Shown: one piece after another, positions 47,226 through 57,972 of the stretch | Position numbering within the stretch: position 1 is the first letter of the stretch | Layout: each line of letters starts with the position of its first letter | Assembly: GCF_000315625.1 (NCBI RefSeq) | Contig: NW_005434591.1 | Location: 245,895 to 309,894, forward strand | DNA from: Guillardia theta CCMP2712 | Taxonomy: Eukaryota > Protista > Cryptophyta | DNA: 64,000 nt | Reading direction: 5' to 3' | Program-made: the position numbers and the translations under genes | The notes under the pieces: model-generated | Databases searched by the model: none | Seen by the model: only the letters and a program-made list of their open reading frames with translations | What the model was told of the DNA's origin: nothing

Positions 47226-47490
47226 TTTACTTAAAGTTAAGTTAATTATAGTATTGAATCAGCTCAAAATTGAACTTAAGTTTGAGTAAAAAATGTACCG
47301 GATTAGGAGAGCCTTCAGTGACCTCAACTAGGCTTAAAATCTCCGGGTCACACGGGATGATGCCGCATGAGTCAAGTGAAGGCCCTTTACCTTCTTGAGA
47401 ACCCTCTTCGCCCGTGCAGTGAGCCAGTGGACACAGCGCCTTTACTCAAACTCCTGTTAAGTTAAACTTGAAAGATCAGTACAGGACAAG
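47226..47490. repeat. Cluster of three copies of the inverted-repeat core motif
   Basis: TTTACTTAAAGTTAAGTTAA (47226-47245, minus), TTGAACTTAAGTTTGAGTAAA (47270-47290, plus) and an interrupted TTTACTCAAA..GTTAAGTTAAA..ATCAGTAC.GGAC (47441-47490, minus). Confidence 0.75.
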
Positions 47491-47499
47491 CCAACCGGC

Positions 47500-47990
47500 A
47501 CCGTCACGCCCAGTCATGTACGACCGTGGCAGACAGCCTGTCCGACACCGGGACCGTGACGAGCGCCGCCGGTACCGGTCGGGCGCCGCCCGGTCACGAC
47601 TCGGAGGAGTCCGATCCGATCACTGCGGCAGTGCGGCGGAGCCGTAACTGGCACGTACCGGGACGCCGGGCTGCAGTGTCCGTCACGTGACTCGGCGCCG
47701 GTACGCGGGCGGCCGCCGCCGACAGGCCGCTGACTCCCGCGGCGGCGCCGCGGCGATCAGCGGCGGCGGCGGCCGTCCGATCATCCGACGGTCGGTCAGG
47801 CCAGCCTGGCAGTGCTCGGCGCGGCGGCCCGGGGCCCGGGTCACGGACCGTCCGGGCCGCGCCCGGCCCGCCCGGCCGCGCGGCGCGGGCCCGGCTGCCG
47901 GGGCCCGGCGTTACTGCCCTGGCCGCCCGTCGGAGACGCGCGGGCCGGCGGCGGCCCGGCCGGTTCGCGGCCCGGCCCGGCGCACGGTTA
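47500..47990. other. Extremely GC-rich, micro-palindrome-dense non-coding island
   Basis: Nearly all G/C in places, packed with CCGG, GGCC, CCCGGG, GCGGCCGC, GTCACG and TCCGATC. Similar islands occur elsewhere in the window. Confidence 0.8.
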
Positions 47991-48095
47991 CTGAGGGACT
48001 AGACCGGACCCAAGGACCCCTACCCACAACTTTGGAAGGAAAGTTTCTATTGGTGACCCCTACCCCCACGACAGGGTTCGGGCGGCTCTTCAGCC

Positions 48096-49455
48096 ATGGC
48101 GGAAGCGAACGTCAAGTCGTCCGAGCAGGAGGCGGCGCCGAGCATGAAAATGAAGATAATGCTGCTGACAGTGATGGCAATCATGTTTGCAGCCATCGCC
48201 GTCCGCGAAAGGGGATACGTGACGGTAAGTGTTGGGGGAGAAGCAAAGTGAAAGGGAGCCAACCACTGATATATCATCACAGGTGGAGGAGCTCATTGAA
48301 CTTGCTGGATCCAAGGATGCCATGGTGAAGACTGGACTGGTGCAAAGTGGGGCAGGTTTGCAGTTCGTCACTCCCTCCTGGGACGTTTCGAGCTCTTCGA
48401 AGGACGCAAGACTAGCTGATCAGATCGCTAAATGGTCAGGTTCGAAGACCAAATTCAAGCCAGCGTCTGGTACGCAGAAGTTGACTCAGGTAGATGACAA
48501 GGCTACTAGCCAGAACATGCTGAAGAAGGAGTTGAGATCTGCGGAGAACACCCTCCGCCTCTCTGACTTCTTGAGCGGTGTCCCCACGGCCAAGGTAGCG
48601 AAGCAGATCGAAGCTCTTGACAGCCACATGGACCCCAAGGATGTGACAGGATGGAAGAAGCGCCTCCCTGATGCAGAGAACAAGAAGCAGGAGGCGAAGA
48701 AGGTTGCGAAGATAATTGAATCTCGCAAGAAGAAGCTCGAAAACGAGCTGACGACTACCAAGGGCCTAGATAGCGATAGAGCAAAGAAGATTCGCAACCA
48801 GCTGCAGCTGCTCTTGGCGAAGAGGGCTGCCTTGAAGAAGATGATCTCGTCTCAGTCGGGTTCGGATCTTCCTCACAGGATCTGGACCTCCAAGAACGTG
48901 AAGGATGGCGATGCTGACGATGACATGATCAGCCGTCTTGCAAGGAAGTCGGACAAGAGCTCGACTTACGCTCGATGGCTCAAACATGCGGAGAGTCCTC
49001 ACAAGCCTAAGCCGATCAAGCACACACTCCATCACCAGAACTTTCCCCGGATTACTGCGGGAGGATACCTTGAGTGGGGTAAATCCGATGCTCACAAGCA
49101 TCAGGGGGCCGTCGGAGCGCATGCTGTAGAGAAGGCCAGGACTCAGTCCCTTGCTAGCACGGATGCCTCAGACAAGTAAGAGCTGCAGTCTCACTGTCTG
49201 ATAGCTGATGGGTGTGCAGGAAAGACACGAAGCATCACACTGAGAAGAAGCAGGCTGCCTTGAAGAAAGCTTCTGTTGACTACTCCGATCTCCTCAAGGA
49301 TGCCACGGTAGATCCAGCCACCGACACGTGGCAGAGCATCCAGCAGCGAGCAGCGTACAAGGTATGACGTCGGCTCCTTCCTCTGCTCATCTCAAGCCTC
49401 TTGCCAGGTGTCGCGATGGATGGGTGGGGGATACGTCCCGGTGTATGGCCGTTAA
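48096..49455 (+). CDS. Uncharacterised Lys-rich protein with an N-terminal signal anchor (4 exons)
   Basis: Exon 1 MAEANVKSSEQEAAPSMKMKIMLLTVMAIMFAAIAVRERGYVT joins ORF 48229..49179 through intron 48225-48282. Two further short introns lead to VSRWMGGGYVPVYGR* (TAA 49453-49455). Confidence 0.75.
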
Positions 49456-49514
49456 CGAGACGAAAGAATACTTGTTTATTGATGTGTAAGAATATACAGC
49501 TTAGCCCCTCAAGA

Positions 49515-51310
49515 TCACAAGAGAATCCTTTTTATGCACAGCAAGAACTTCTGCTGGAAAACTGTTCGAACAGTCAAACTCTTGAGATAGAGGCTTCATC
49601 AGCTGACCTTCATCGGAAAATCTGGTGACGGAGTTCTGAGTGACAGATTCATGTCGTCAGAGCAGAAGGTCGACATCTAATTCAAATCACTCACCCTTGC
49701 GTTCCCTTGAATCTCTGCAAGCTCGCTAGACGGAAGCCCCAAAACCTTGACAGCAAATCAGGAACAAATGAACACACACGTGCGGTCAAGCAAGTGACTG
49801 CAGAAGAAGGGGCAACGTGCTTGCCTTCCTCATATGCTCTGCATACTCCTCCTCTGTGGATGCTAAGAAACCAGTCGGCGAGCCCTGGTAAGGGATTACA
49901 ATGTCCGCCTTCGGACCACCTGCGTCACGTCTCATCCCTGCTCCTCTGTTGCCCCTGTCCGACCTGTGTCGTGCGCGATTGGGATCACTCCCGATGCCAT
50001 GAATTCCACTATGTTGATGCCGAAGTGCTCGTTCCACATGGTGTGCAGGCCAGCCTGGGAGAGGGTGAGGGAGCGCTTCCTGTGGTGCGGGAGGCAAGCA
50101 GGGTACCTTCGCCCTCCTCAGCCATCTGTCCTTGAGCTCGGGCCATGGCACGTTTGTCAAGACCTTGAGAGAGTGTCAGCTGAGGTGTCAGCTGGGCAGC
50201 CTGTGGTACTCACTGAGACATGGTCAGAAAGCTCGAGATCCGAGACGTGCTGGCGCAGATCCCTCACTCGCCGCTCGTCCTGTCCGAATCTCAACGCTCT
50301 CCCCTTGCTCCATCCTCCTACTGGCTTACCTCGGCGTTCCTGCAGCTCCCGATGATGGCTAGGTGCACGTCTCTGACCCCGAGCTTCAGCAGGTGTTGGA
50401 TGGACTTGAGCTGCAGCAAGTGGTTCTTCTCCGGCCTGAACTGACCCAGGGAGATCACGAGGTCCTCACGGCCCCCAAAGGCGATCCCTTGCAGCTTGTC
50501 CGTGTTGCATGGCGGATAGACGATGTCGGGGAGCACCTTCCAGATGCTCTGCACGTGGCCCTTGGTCCAGGTTGAGTTGCACATGGTAACTTCAGCGCAT
50601 CTCCCGCAAAAACCATAGACCAAGGCAAACATCTTGTAGTAGAGCAGCTTGAGGGAGGAGAGGAGGGCGGAGTTTGAGATAACCCTTCTATTGTTGTAAG
50701 AGGCTTCTCTCCTCGAGACCAAGGACAGCATGTCGCAGCTGATCGTCGGGTAGTGCACGTAGCATCCAACACGACAGCCGAAGAGAAAGCGTGCGACAGG
50801 GTAGGTGAAAGCTCCTCCCATGGTATCCACAAACACTCCAGGATTCAACCTTACGAGGCACTCGATGCTCAGCAAGGCTCCTCCGACGCTTTGACCCAGC
50901 AGAGTGAGCACGGGATACATCCGAGCTTCCAGGAGCACTCTGCAGGAGATATACACGATCTGCACACGCTCTCCATGCAGCTCGAATCCAAACCTCTCCT
51001 TGGCTTTCGCAAGTATCTCCTCCTTGCTCGCTCGATCCCCCGTGTATACCGCAATCAGCCTTTTGCTGTCCTCTCTCAGTAGCGCCTGAATGGCACACCA
51101 CAGCACTCGCTCTCCTCCCCCTCCATCGTTGCAGTAAGGATGAAAGAACCCTGTGAATAGTCAGTCGATCGCAGCGCTCGAATGGAGACGGGGGAGAGCA
51201 GGAAGAAGTCACCTATCACGTTCCTCTTCCTTCTTGACCTCATCAAGATAGCCATTGCAATCATCAACACGATCATCATCATCAGAACTGCCACTACAAA
51301 TGACAGCATG

Positions 51311-51341
<31 letters not shown>

Positions 51342-51342
51342 T
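49515..51342 (-). CDS. ALG11: GDP-Man:Man3GlcNAc2-PP-dolichol alpha-1,2-mannosyltransferase
   Basis: N-terminal [70 protein letters not shown] and RFSDEVF. Multi-exon. Confidence 0.95.
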
Positions 51343-51354
51343 GGATGGCTCCAA

Positions 51355-51760
51355 TCCCCCCGAAACCATTAGCATACCCTCATCCCCAACTTCGGACATA
51401 CCCACCCCCCTGCTCACTCCCATCCCACCCCCCGTTGGTTTGCATACCCTACTCTGACTACCCCCACCCATATTTTGTACCATCAGCAGTTATTGTAAAA
51501 GAAAATCACCACCACCACCCATACATTTATCACAGGGTGCTGGTGGTAACCCTACCATATGAATTTACCACAACTCTGTATCTAATATACCCCCTCTTTA
51601 TTACCAGCATACTTCCAGCTCCTACTCCTCCACTGGTACCCTTGGACACAATACACTACCCGTGTTCAATTTACCTCACCCGTACCTCATGTACCCCTAC
51701 CCCCATGAAATCCACTTCCACCCACCCCAAACACTCATGTATCTGACTAGAAGTACCCCA
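51355..51760. promoter_or_regulatory. TACCCC-rich putative bidirectional promoter (ALG11 / GH fusion)
   Basis: The roughly 440-bp divergent gap is filled with TACCC/ACCCC words. Confidence 0.55.
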
Positions 51761-51785
51761 TTCCATACGATTCCACCTGCAGCCC

Positions 51786-54700
51786 ATGCAGGGGACTTTC
51801 ATGCCCCCGCAAGCTCCGGAAGCGGCGACGCGCTCGCTGCATGGCCGCGTCCTCTGCGGCTACCAGGGCTGGTTTTGTGCGGAGAACGACCCTTCCTCCT
51901 GTGGTTGGAGGTTCGTGCTCCCTGCCCTGTCTTTCCCTCGCCTCTTCCTCTCGAATCTTACGACGCCCCCGTTGTGTGCAGGCATTGGTTTCATGCCGGA
52001 GAGCTCGCGCCTGCGTTCGATCTATGGCCTGACACTACCGAGCTGGGTGAAGGAGAGCTTTATTCGATTCCCTTTCAGAATGACAAGGGAGCCGATGCCA
52101 AGGTGTTCTCGAGTTGCAATCCAGGTACAGCTGTGGAAAGTTCTGGTGTGCTTGGCCGGAGAGGCGCGGAAATGACGATTTTTGCAACAGCGACAGTCGA
52201 TCGACACTTTCAGTGGATGCAAGAAAACTCGATCGATGGCGTCTTCTTGCAGCGATTCATCAGCGAGTTGAGCATTCCTAGTTTGAAACGATGTCGGGAT
52301 ACGGTTTCAGTACTGGTTGGCAAGAGTTGTGAAAAGTATGGAAGAGTGTTTGCAATCATGTACGACGTGTCGGGATCAAGGTCCGAGACTGTTTGCTCCG
52401 AGATCATGTCAGATTGGTCGATGTTGGCGAAAGAATTCACTTCTTCTAGCTCATATTTGCACCACAACGGGAAGCCAGTGTTGGGACTTTGGGGTGAGCT
52501 GCCTATGATTGTTTGACGCTCAATCTGATGAACGGGGTATTGCAGGATTCGGGTTCTCAGATCGACCAGACCCTGTGAGTCTTGTTCTCCTCGCAAGCAT
52601 GAAAGTTGATCTGATCTTATTCCTTGACTCCAGGGGGTGAGCCAGCTAGTCAAGTTAATCAACGACCTGAAACAGAGCGCGTACGTGGTTGGGGGCTGCC
52701 CGACATATTGGAGGCAAGGGATCAACGATAGCTTGGAGGGATACCATGATGTGTATAGGATGTTCGATTGTTTATCACCATGGACTGTAGGGAGGTATGT
52801 TCACCGGACTGAAGTGACGGACTACTATCAGACCTTATTCAAGGAGGATGTAGCGTTTTGCGAAGAGAACAACATCTGTATCGCACCAGTAGCGTGGCCT
52901 GGGTTTTCAGAGATGAACTTGAAAAGGACGGAAAGCTCATGTAACGTCGTTCCGAGGCAAGCCGGGGCTTTCTTGTGGGAGCAGTTCCGAGCCTCAGTGA
53001 AATTCAACCCACTGTTTGTGTATGTTGCGATGTTTGACGAGCTGGATGAGGGCACAGCTATCTTCAAGGTCTCGGAGAGATCCGTAATACTAGATAGAGG
53101 GCTCGTTCATCCTGACGTGCCGAATCAGTTGTACAGGTTCCTCGGGCTGGATGCGGATGGAGTTTCCCTTCCTTCGGACTGGTACATGAGGCTTGTGGGC
53201 AGGTTTACGCAATGCTTCTCGGAGATGTGCATCTCTCCAGACAAGGAGAGTTCTCTGAATCACTTGCACGAGATCCAAGGGATTGACATGCCAGAAAGAG
53301 TGCGGCTGTACCTCAAGGGGCTCATAGAACAACAGAATTTGGAGTACGATCGAGCTCGACAGGAAGTGAGAGAATGTTACAGGAAGATTCTTATGAGAGA
53401 GGGAGACCCCGAAGGAGTCTCTCACTATACTCAGTGTCTTCTAAGAGGAGTTGTCATCTCACAGATCGAGCAGTGGATGTATGACAGCCCTGAGCGAAAG
53501 CTGCTTGAGTTTCGTACAAGTCGGAGGATCGTGGAAGAGCAGAACTACGCTCGTCCCCACGAGGGGGTGCTTTCGTATGTGCTCCCCAGACCCGCAGTCG
53601 CAAAATGTCTTCCTGGTGTCGGTCTGAGCTTCAGCAAAGCAACCAAGATAGTGATTGCTGAGTGCCTTGGCGGTAGCATCGAGAGCTCGGAAGATCAGCT
53701 CTTGACTGTCTATGAAGCAGCGAGCACGGGTTCAAGCTTGCTGGGGGGTCTTGAGATCTGCGAGAACGAAGCGCCGGATGCGAAAGGAGCAATTTACTTC
53801 CTTCCCATCCAGGAGTTTGAGATGAAGAAGTTGCCCGCGAGCGAGGAGTGTTACATCCTCAAGGTGTACAATAACAGGTGTGAGATCCATGGGAGGAGTG
53901 GGATGTCGTATCTCTACGGTCTAGTCACCTTGTTGCAAATGCTGCTTGCTCTACGAGGCCCCGAGGAAGCAGCTCTGAAGATTGAGCGAATGGAAGATAA
54001 CGAGTTTCTTGAGCTTCCTGCCCTGGAAATCTACGACGCTCCTGAGTTCACTTGGCGAGGAACAATGCTGGACTCCTCGAGGCACTTCCTGCCGGTCGAT
54101 TTTGTCTTCAAACACATCGATGCGATGCTCTTGTACAAGCTCAACAGGTTGCACTGGCACTTGACTGACGATCAAGCATGGCGGCTGGAAATAAGGGCAT
54201 TCCCCGAGCTGGTACATCAGGCACCGTTATACCTGCAACCGTCTGCCGACAAGAGGGGATACTACACTCAAGAAGAAGTTCAGTCCCTCGTGCGATATGC
54301 CCGATGCAGAGGAATCTTGGTGATCCCGGAAATCGAGTTCCCTGGGCATTCCCTTGCGTTGCTGACCGCTTATCCTCAGTACTGCTGCCTGGACAAGCCG
54401 CTAGAGGCTGTGGGAGCGCGATGGGGGGTGCATGAGGACGTGTTCTGCATTGGAGGAATGGAGTGGATCTCGTTCATGGAGAAGATCTTGGACGAAGTTT
54501 TCGATCTCTTTCCTGGGAGTTTCATCCACGTCGGAGGCGACGAGGTCCCACACACCCGTTGGAACCACTGCCCCAAGTGCCAGAGGATGATCAAGGAGCT
54601 GAACTTGAATGGAGCGAATGGACTGAAACAGTACGGGATGCACAAGCTGCTGGAGCTGATAGAACGGAGAGGAAGGATACCCATCGGCTGGGATGAGATT

Positions 54701-55735
54701 CTTGATGACTTCGAGAATCTGTGGGGCATCCGCGACCGGATGATGGTGCAGGCATGGAGGGGAAGAGGAGCCGTGGAGAAGTCCATCATGCACGACTGTC
54801 TCACCATCTCCTCACCGACAGAGCATTGCTACTTTGACTATGACATCTCCATCACTGACCTCCGATCTGTACATTGCTTTCAACCGAACCCATTGATTGA
54901 GAACCTTCCCAGTGAAGAAGCTTGTCACCTGTACAAGAAGTTTCCTCGCTACTGTCTGGACGGCACGAGGAGGAGCGTGGTTGGAGCTGAGTGTGCCATG
55001 TGGACGGAGTTTACTGCCTTGCCCATAGACGTGGAGCAGAAGCTCTGGCCGAGGACGCTTGCCTTCGCTGAAGTCGTCTGGAGCGGAGGGGTTGGCCACA
55101 GCTCGTGCATGGGAGGGCAGCGATGGGAGTCATTTGAAGATTTCTTTGCAAGGGCGAAGCTTCACATTCAGGGGCTGAAGAACAGCTTTGTCGTCGGCAG
55201 CAGCTTCCCAGCTGGGTGGAGTGAAAGTGGGTTGCCGCCAGACCTGAACTCTATCGTCCCATGTATCCCTGGAGCGAAGATCTGCTCCTCGTTGGACCCC
55301 TACAAGCATCATCACCTCCCTTTCGCTATCGATGGCAACCCGGAGACGTACTTCTGGAGCAACCGCGGAGTGCAAGAGGGGGACGAGATCTTGGTCACGT
55401 TCGATCATCCTGTCACTGACTGCATCGTCGTTGTCGTCAGAACAGGCTACTTCGGGAGGGATATCCTCTACCACGCGGTGCTGGAGTACATGTCGACTGA
55501 AGATTCTTGCTTCCAGCCTGGCCCCTCCTTCGTTCATGGCAGCGCTTGCCTGATTGTGCCCAACAAGTGCCCGTTGACCGCCATCCGCGTTCGCGCGACA
55601 GGATCGCAGGAGGAATGGTTGATAGTTTCTGAAATCACTTGTGAGACTATCATGTGGGAACGAAGCCGGTGGAGCGGCGAGGTTGCTGTAACGTCTGTGA
55701 GTTCGCTGCCACTGCAAGAGCCTTTGCGCCTGTGA
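51786..55735 (+). CDS. Multidomain glycoside hydrolase: GH99/GH71-like + DUF4214-like + GH20 beta-N-acetylhexosaminidase + F5/8C (CBM32)-like
   Basis: Spliced N-terminal part: VLCGYQGWF, DGVFLQRF, MYDVSG, YLHHNGKPVLGLWGFGF, SPWTVGRY, YVAMFDELDEGTAIFK. GH20 motifs in the same ORF: WRGTMLDSSRHF, LHWHLTDDQ, IPEIEFPGH, HVGGDEV, GAECAMWTE, LWPR. C-terminal AIDGNPETYFWS. First intron 51911-51981. Confidence 0.88.
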
Positions 55736-57972
55736 CTGACCTCAGGACGGGGATCTTGGCATGACGGTGAACGCGAGCGTATGGACCTCGTTTGCAACTC
55801 AGAACCTTCAGAGCATCGGGCTGGTACGTTCCGTGTCTTGCGCATGCAGCGGCGGGTGTGATGGTTTGAAAGGCGTTCAACGAGAACTTGGATGAGTTCT
55901 GTTGGAGTTCTCGAGCGATCGTTGCGGGGGATTGCATAACGGCTGTCGTGTCTGCGCGGGAGGGGCTGTCCCTGAAATCGATCTCCGTTGTCACTGGGCG
56001 TCAGGTAGTGAGCTCTCCTCTCGTGAACTTGAACTTGAATCTCCTTGCTCTGAAAGCTTCCTGACTTGTCGGCAGGGAAGGAGCAACCCGGAGGAGCCGG
56101 GGGGTCAGGATCTCCTTGAAGAAGGGGTCCTTGAGATCTCAGAGGTACCGCCTCGCCTTCCTCCCTCCCTCCCTTGACGTTGCTGGCAGACTTCGCCATG
56201 GGACGGGGCAGCAAGAAGGGAAGACTGCGAGTGGTTGAAACTGTCGGAGTTCCGTAACGGATGTGCCGAGGTTGGCCGCTGGTTCCGATACCCTTGCTGC
56301 TTCCTTGACTTTCCTCAGGGCAAAATCCCAGCTGGCTTTCAGCTCGCCTCCTTCCAGATACGCTGCACCAGCAACCAGATGAATTGGCTGAAAATCCGCC
56401 GCATCCAGCTGGTGGGAGGGACGTGAAGGTGAAACTTTCATGTCAGAGCAGAGTACTGAAAGCTGGGAAGCTCGACGGCACCACCAGGAGGAGTAAGGGC
56501 CGGGCAGTCGCGTGTGATCACAACGATCAAACGCAGGACTAGTCGCTGGTTGTCTGAGAGCACAGCAGCCTGTTTCAGTTGCGGAACTTGTGAACTGCTT
56601 GCGTTGCGATTGCGTCCATCCCAACATAGAGTCGCTGCCGCACAGGGAAGCAGAACTTCGAAGCAGTTCCGGTTTGTGATTGTAGGTTGGAAGTGAACAT
56701 ATGGATAGAAATGAAGCATGCTAGCAAGTTGCATGTGTGAACGTGTTTCTCACAGTCGCGGTGTTGTCACTGTTGATGTTCATTGATGGGCGTTGAGTCG
56801 GAGGCAGGCTGCGAGGAACCTGAGTAGGCGGCCAAATCGTCTACTAGGCTCCTGGCAACAGCGACCAGCCATGTTGAAAGCGATCCGGGAAGGGCCTTTC
56901 CTTACAAGTTAGTGACATGACAGTGTCACGGAGGCTGGCGCGGCACTACAAGTTGAAACTTAGGCTCGGGGTGCCGGCCCCGGGCCGCCCCCCCCCCCCG
57001 TCACAGTGCCGCCTCAGTGGGCCCTCAGTGAGCCGCCGTCACGCCGGGTGCCATCTGGTCAGCCTCCGAGTGGTGCCGCAGTGCCATGATCGGCCGCCCC
57101 GCCGGCCCCCTCGGGCCCCGAGAGACGGCCATTGCCCGCCCGGGGGCCCCGGCCCGGTGACTCCGGGAGGCCGCAAGTTCAGTAAATCCGATAAGTAGTA
57201 GTTTGTTTGACCGTAATGAAAAGTATTTGACCACGGGTGCCTTACAGCCTCTTTGGGTTGGTGGTAGATCGGTGAACATGTAGGTGGGGTCAGGATATCA
57301 CCCCTCAAGATTAGATACATTTATCGGAAATTAGGGGGTTACTAGCCTCATAGGGGTATACTATAGGGGGTAGGGTAGGACAATAAACGTGTTCTGCGTA
57401 AAAACCAGCCTGGTCAGTAAAGGGGGGGAGGGGAACATGACTCCTCCATTTGTACCAAGAATATTTACTTATCTTTATACACCCGTTCTTTTTACGTATC
57501 AAAAGAGGGTAAAGGGGGTAGGGGTGATAAGGAACGAGAAGATCCCGAAATCCTGAAATGCTTTGGGGGCAGGGCGGGACTGCGGGGAAGAGAATGGGAG
57601 GGGCGGGGGCGGGGGAGGGTATACTAGTGGAGGCGGAGAAATGGTCAAGAGAGGTCCAAGGAGAACATGGAACGAGGAGGAGGACAGGCTGGGAGAGCGG
57701 AACGAGAGGGAGGTGACAAGGAAGTGAAGGAGGAGGAGAAATTTGAAGCAGGACGTAATGCTGTTTACAAGAAGTAAGAAGATGTAGAAAACAGTTCAAA
57801 AGTAGAAAGAATTGGATCAATTCTTGATTTGTGCATGTTGTCCCATCATGACATGTCACAATCCGGTTTAATAGGTGTCTTACTTGTGTTTTAGGTGAAT
57901 CTTTCCTCTTACGAAAGATTTTGACCTGGATGGTTATAATCTAAGGATAGCAAGAAGTGAAGATTGCAAGCC

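Noticed and set aside
47687-48328. 213-aa Arg/Gly/Ala/Pro ORF and similar ORFs at 34603, 44651-45010 and 56917
   Set aside because: These are by-products of stop-codon scarcity in the GC islands and have no protein-like features.
55740-56880. Possible minus-strand gene between the GH fusion and the 57-kb island
   Set aside because: Several medium ORFs and splice-like sites exist, but I could not assemble a consistent model or recognise a domain.
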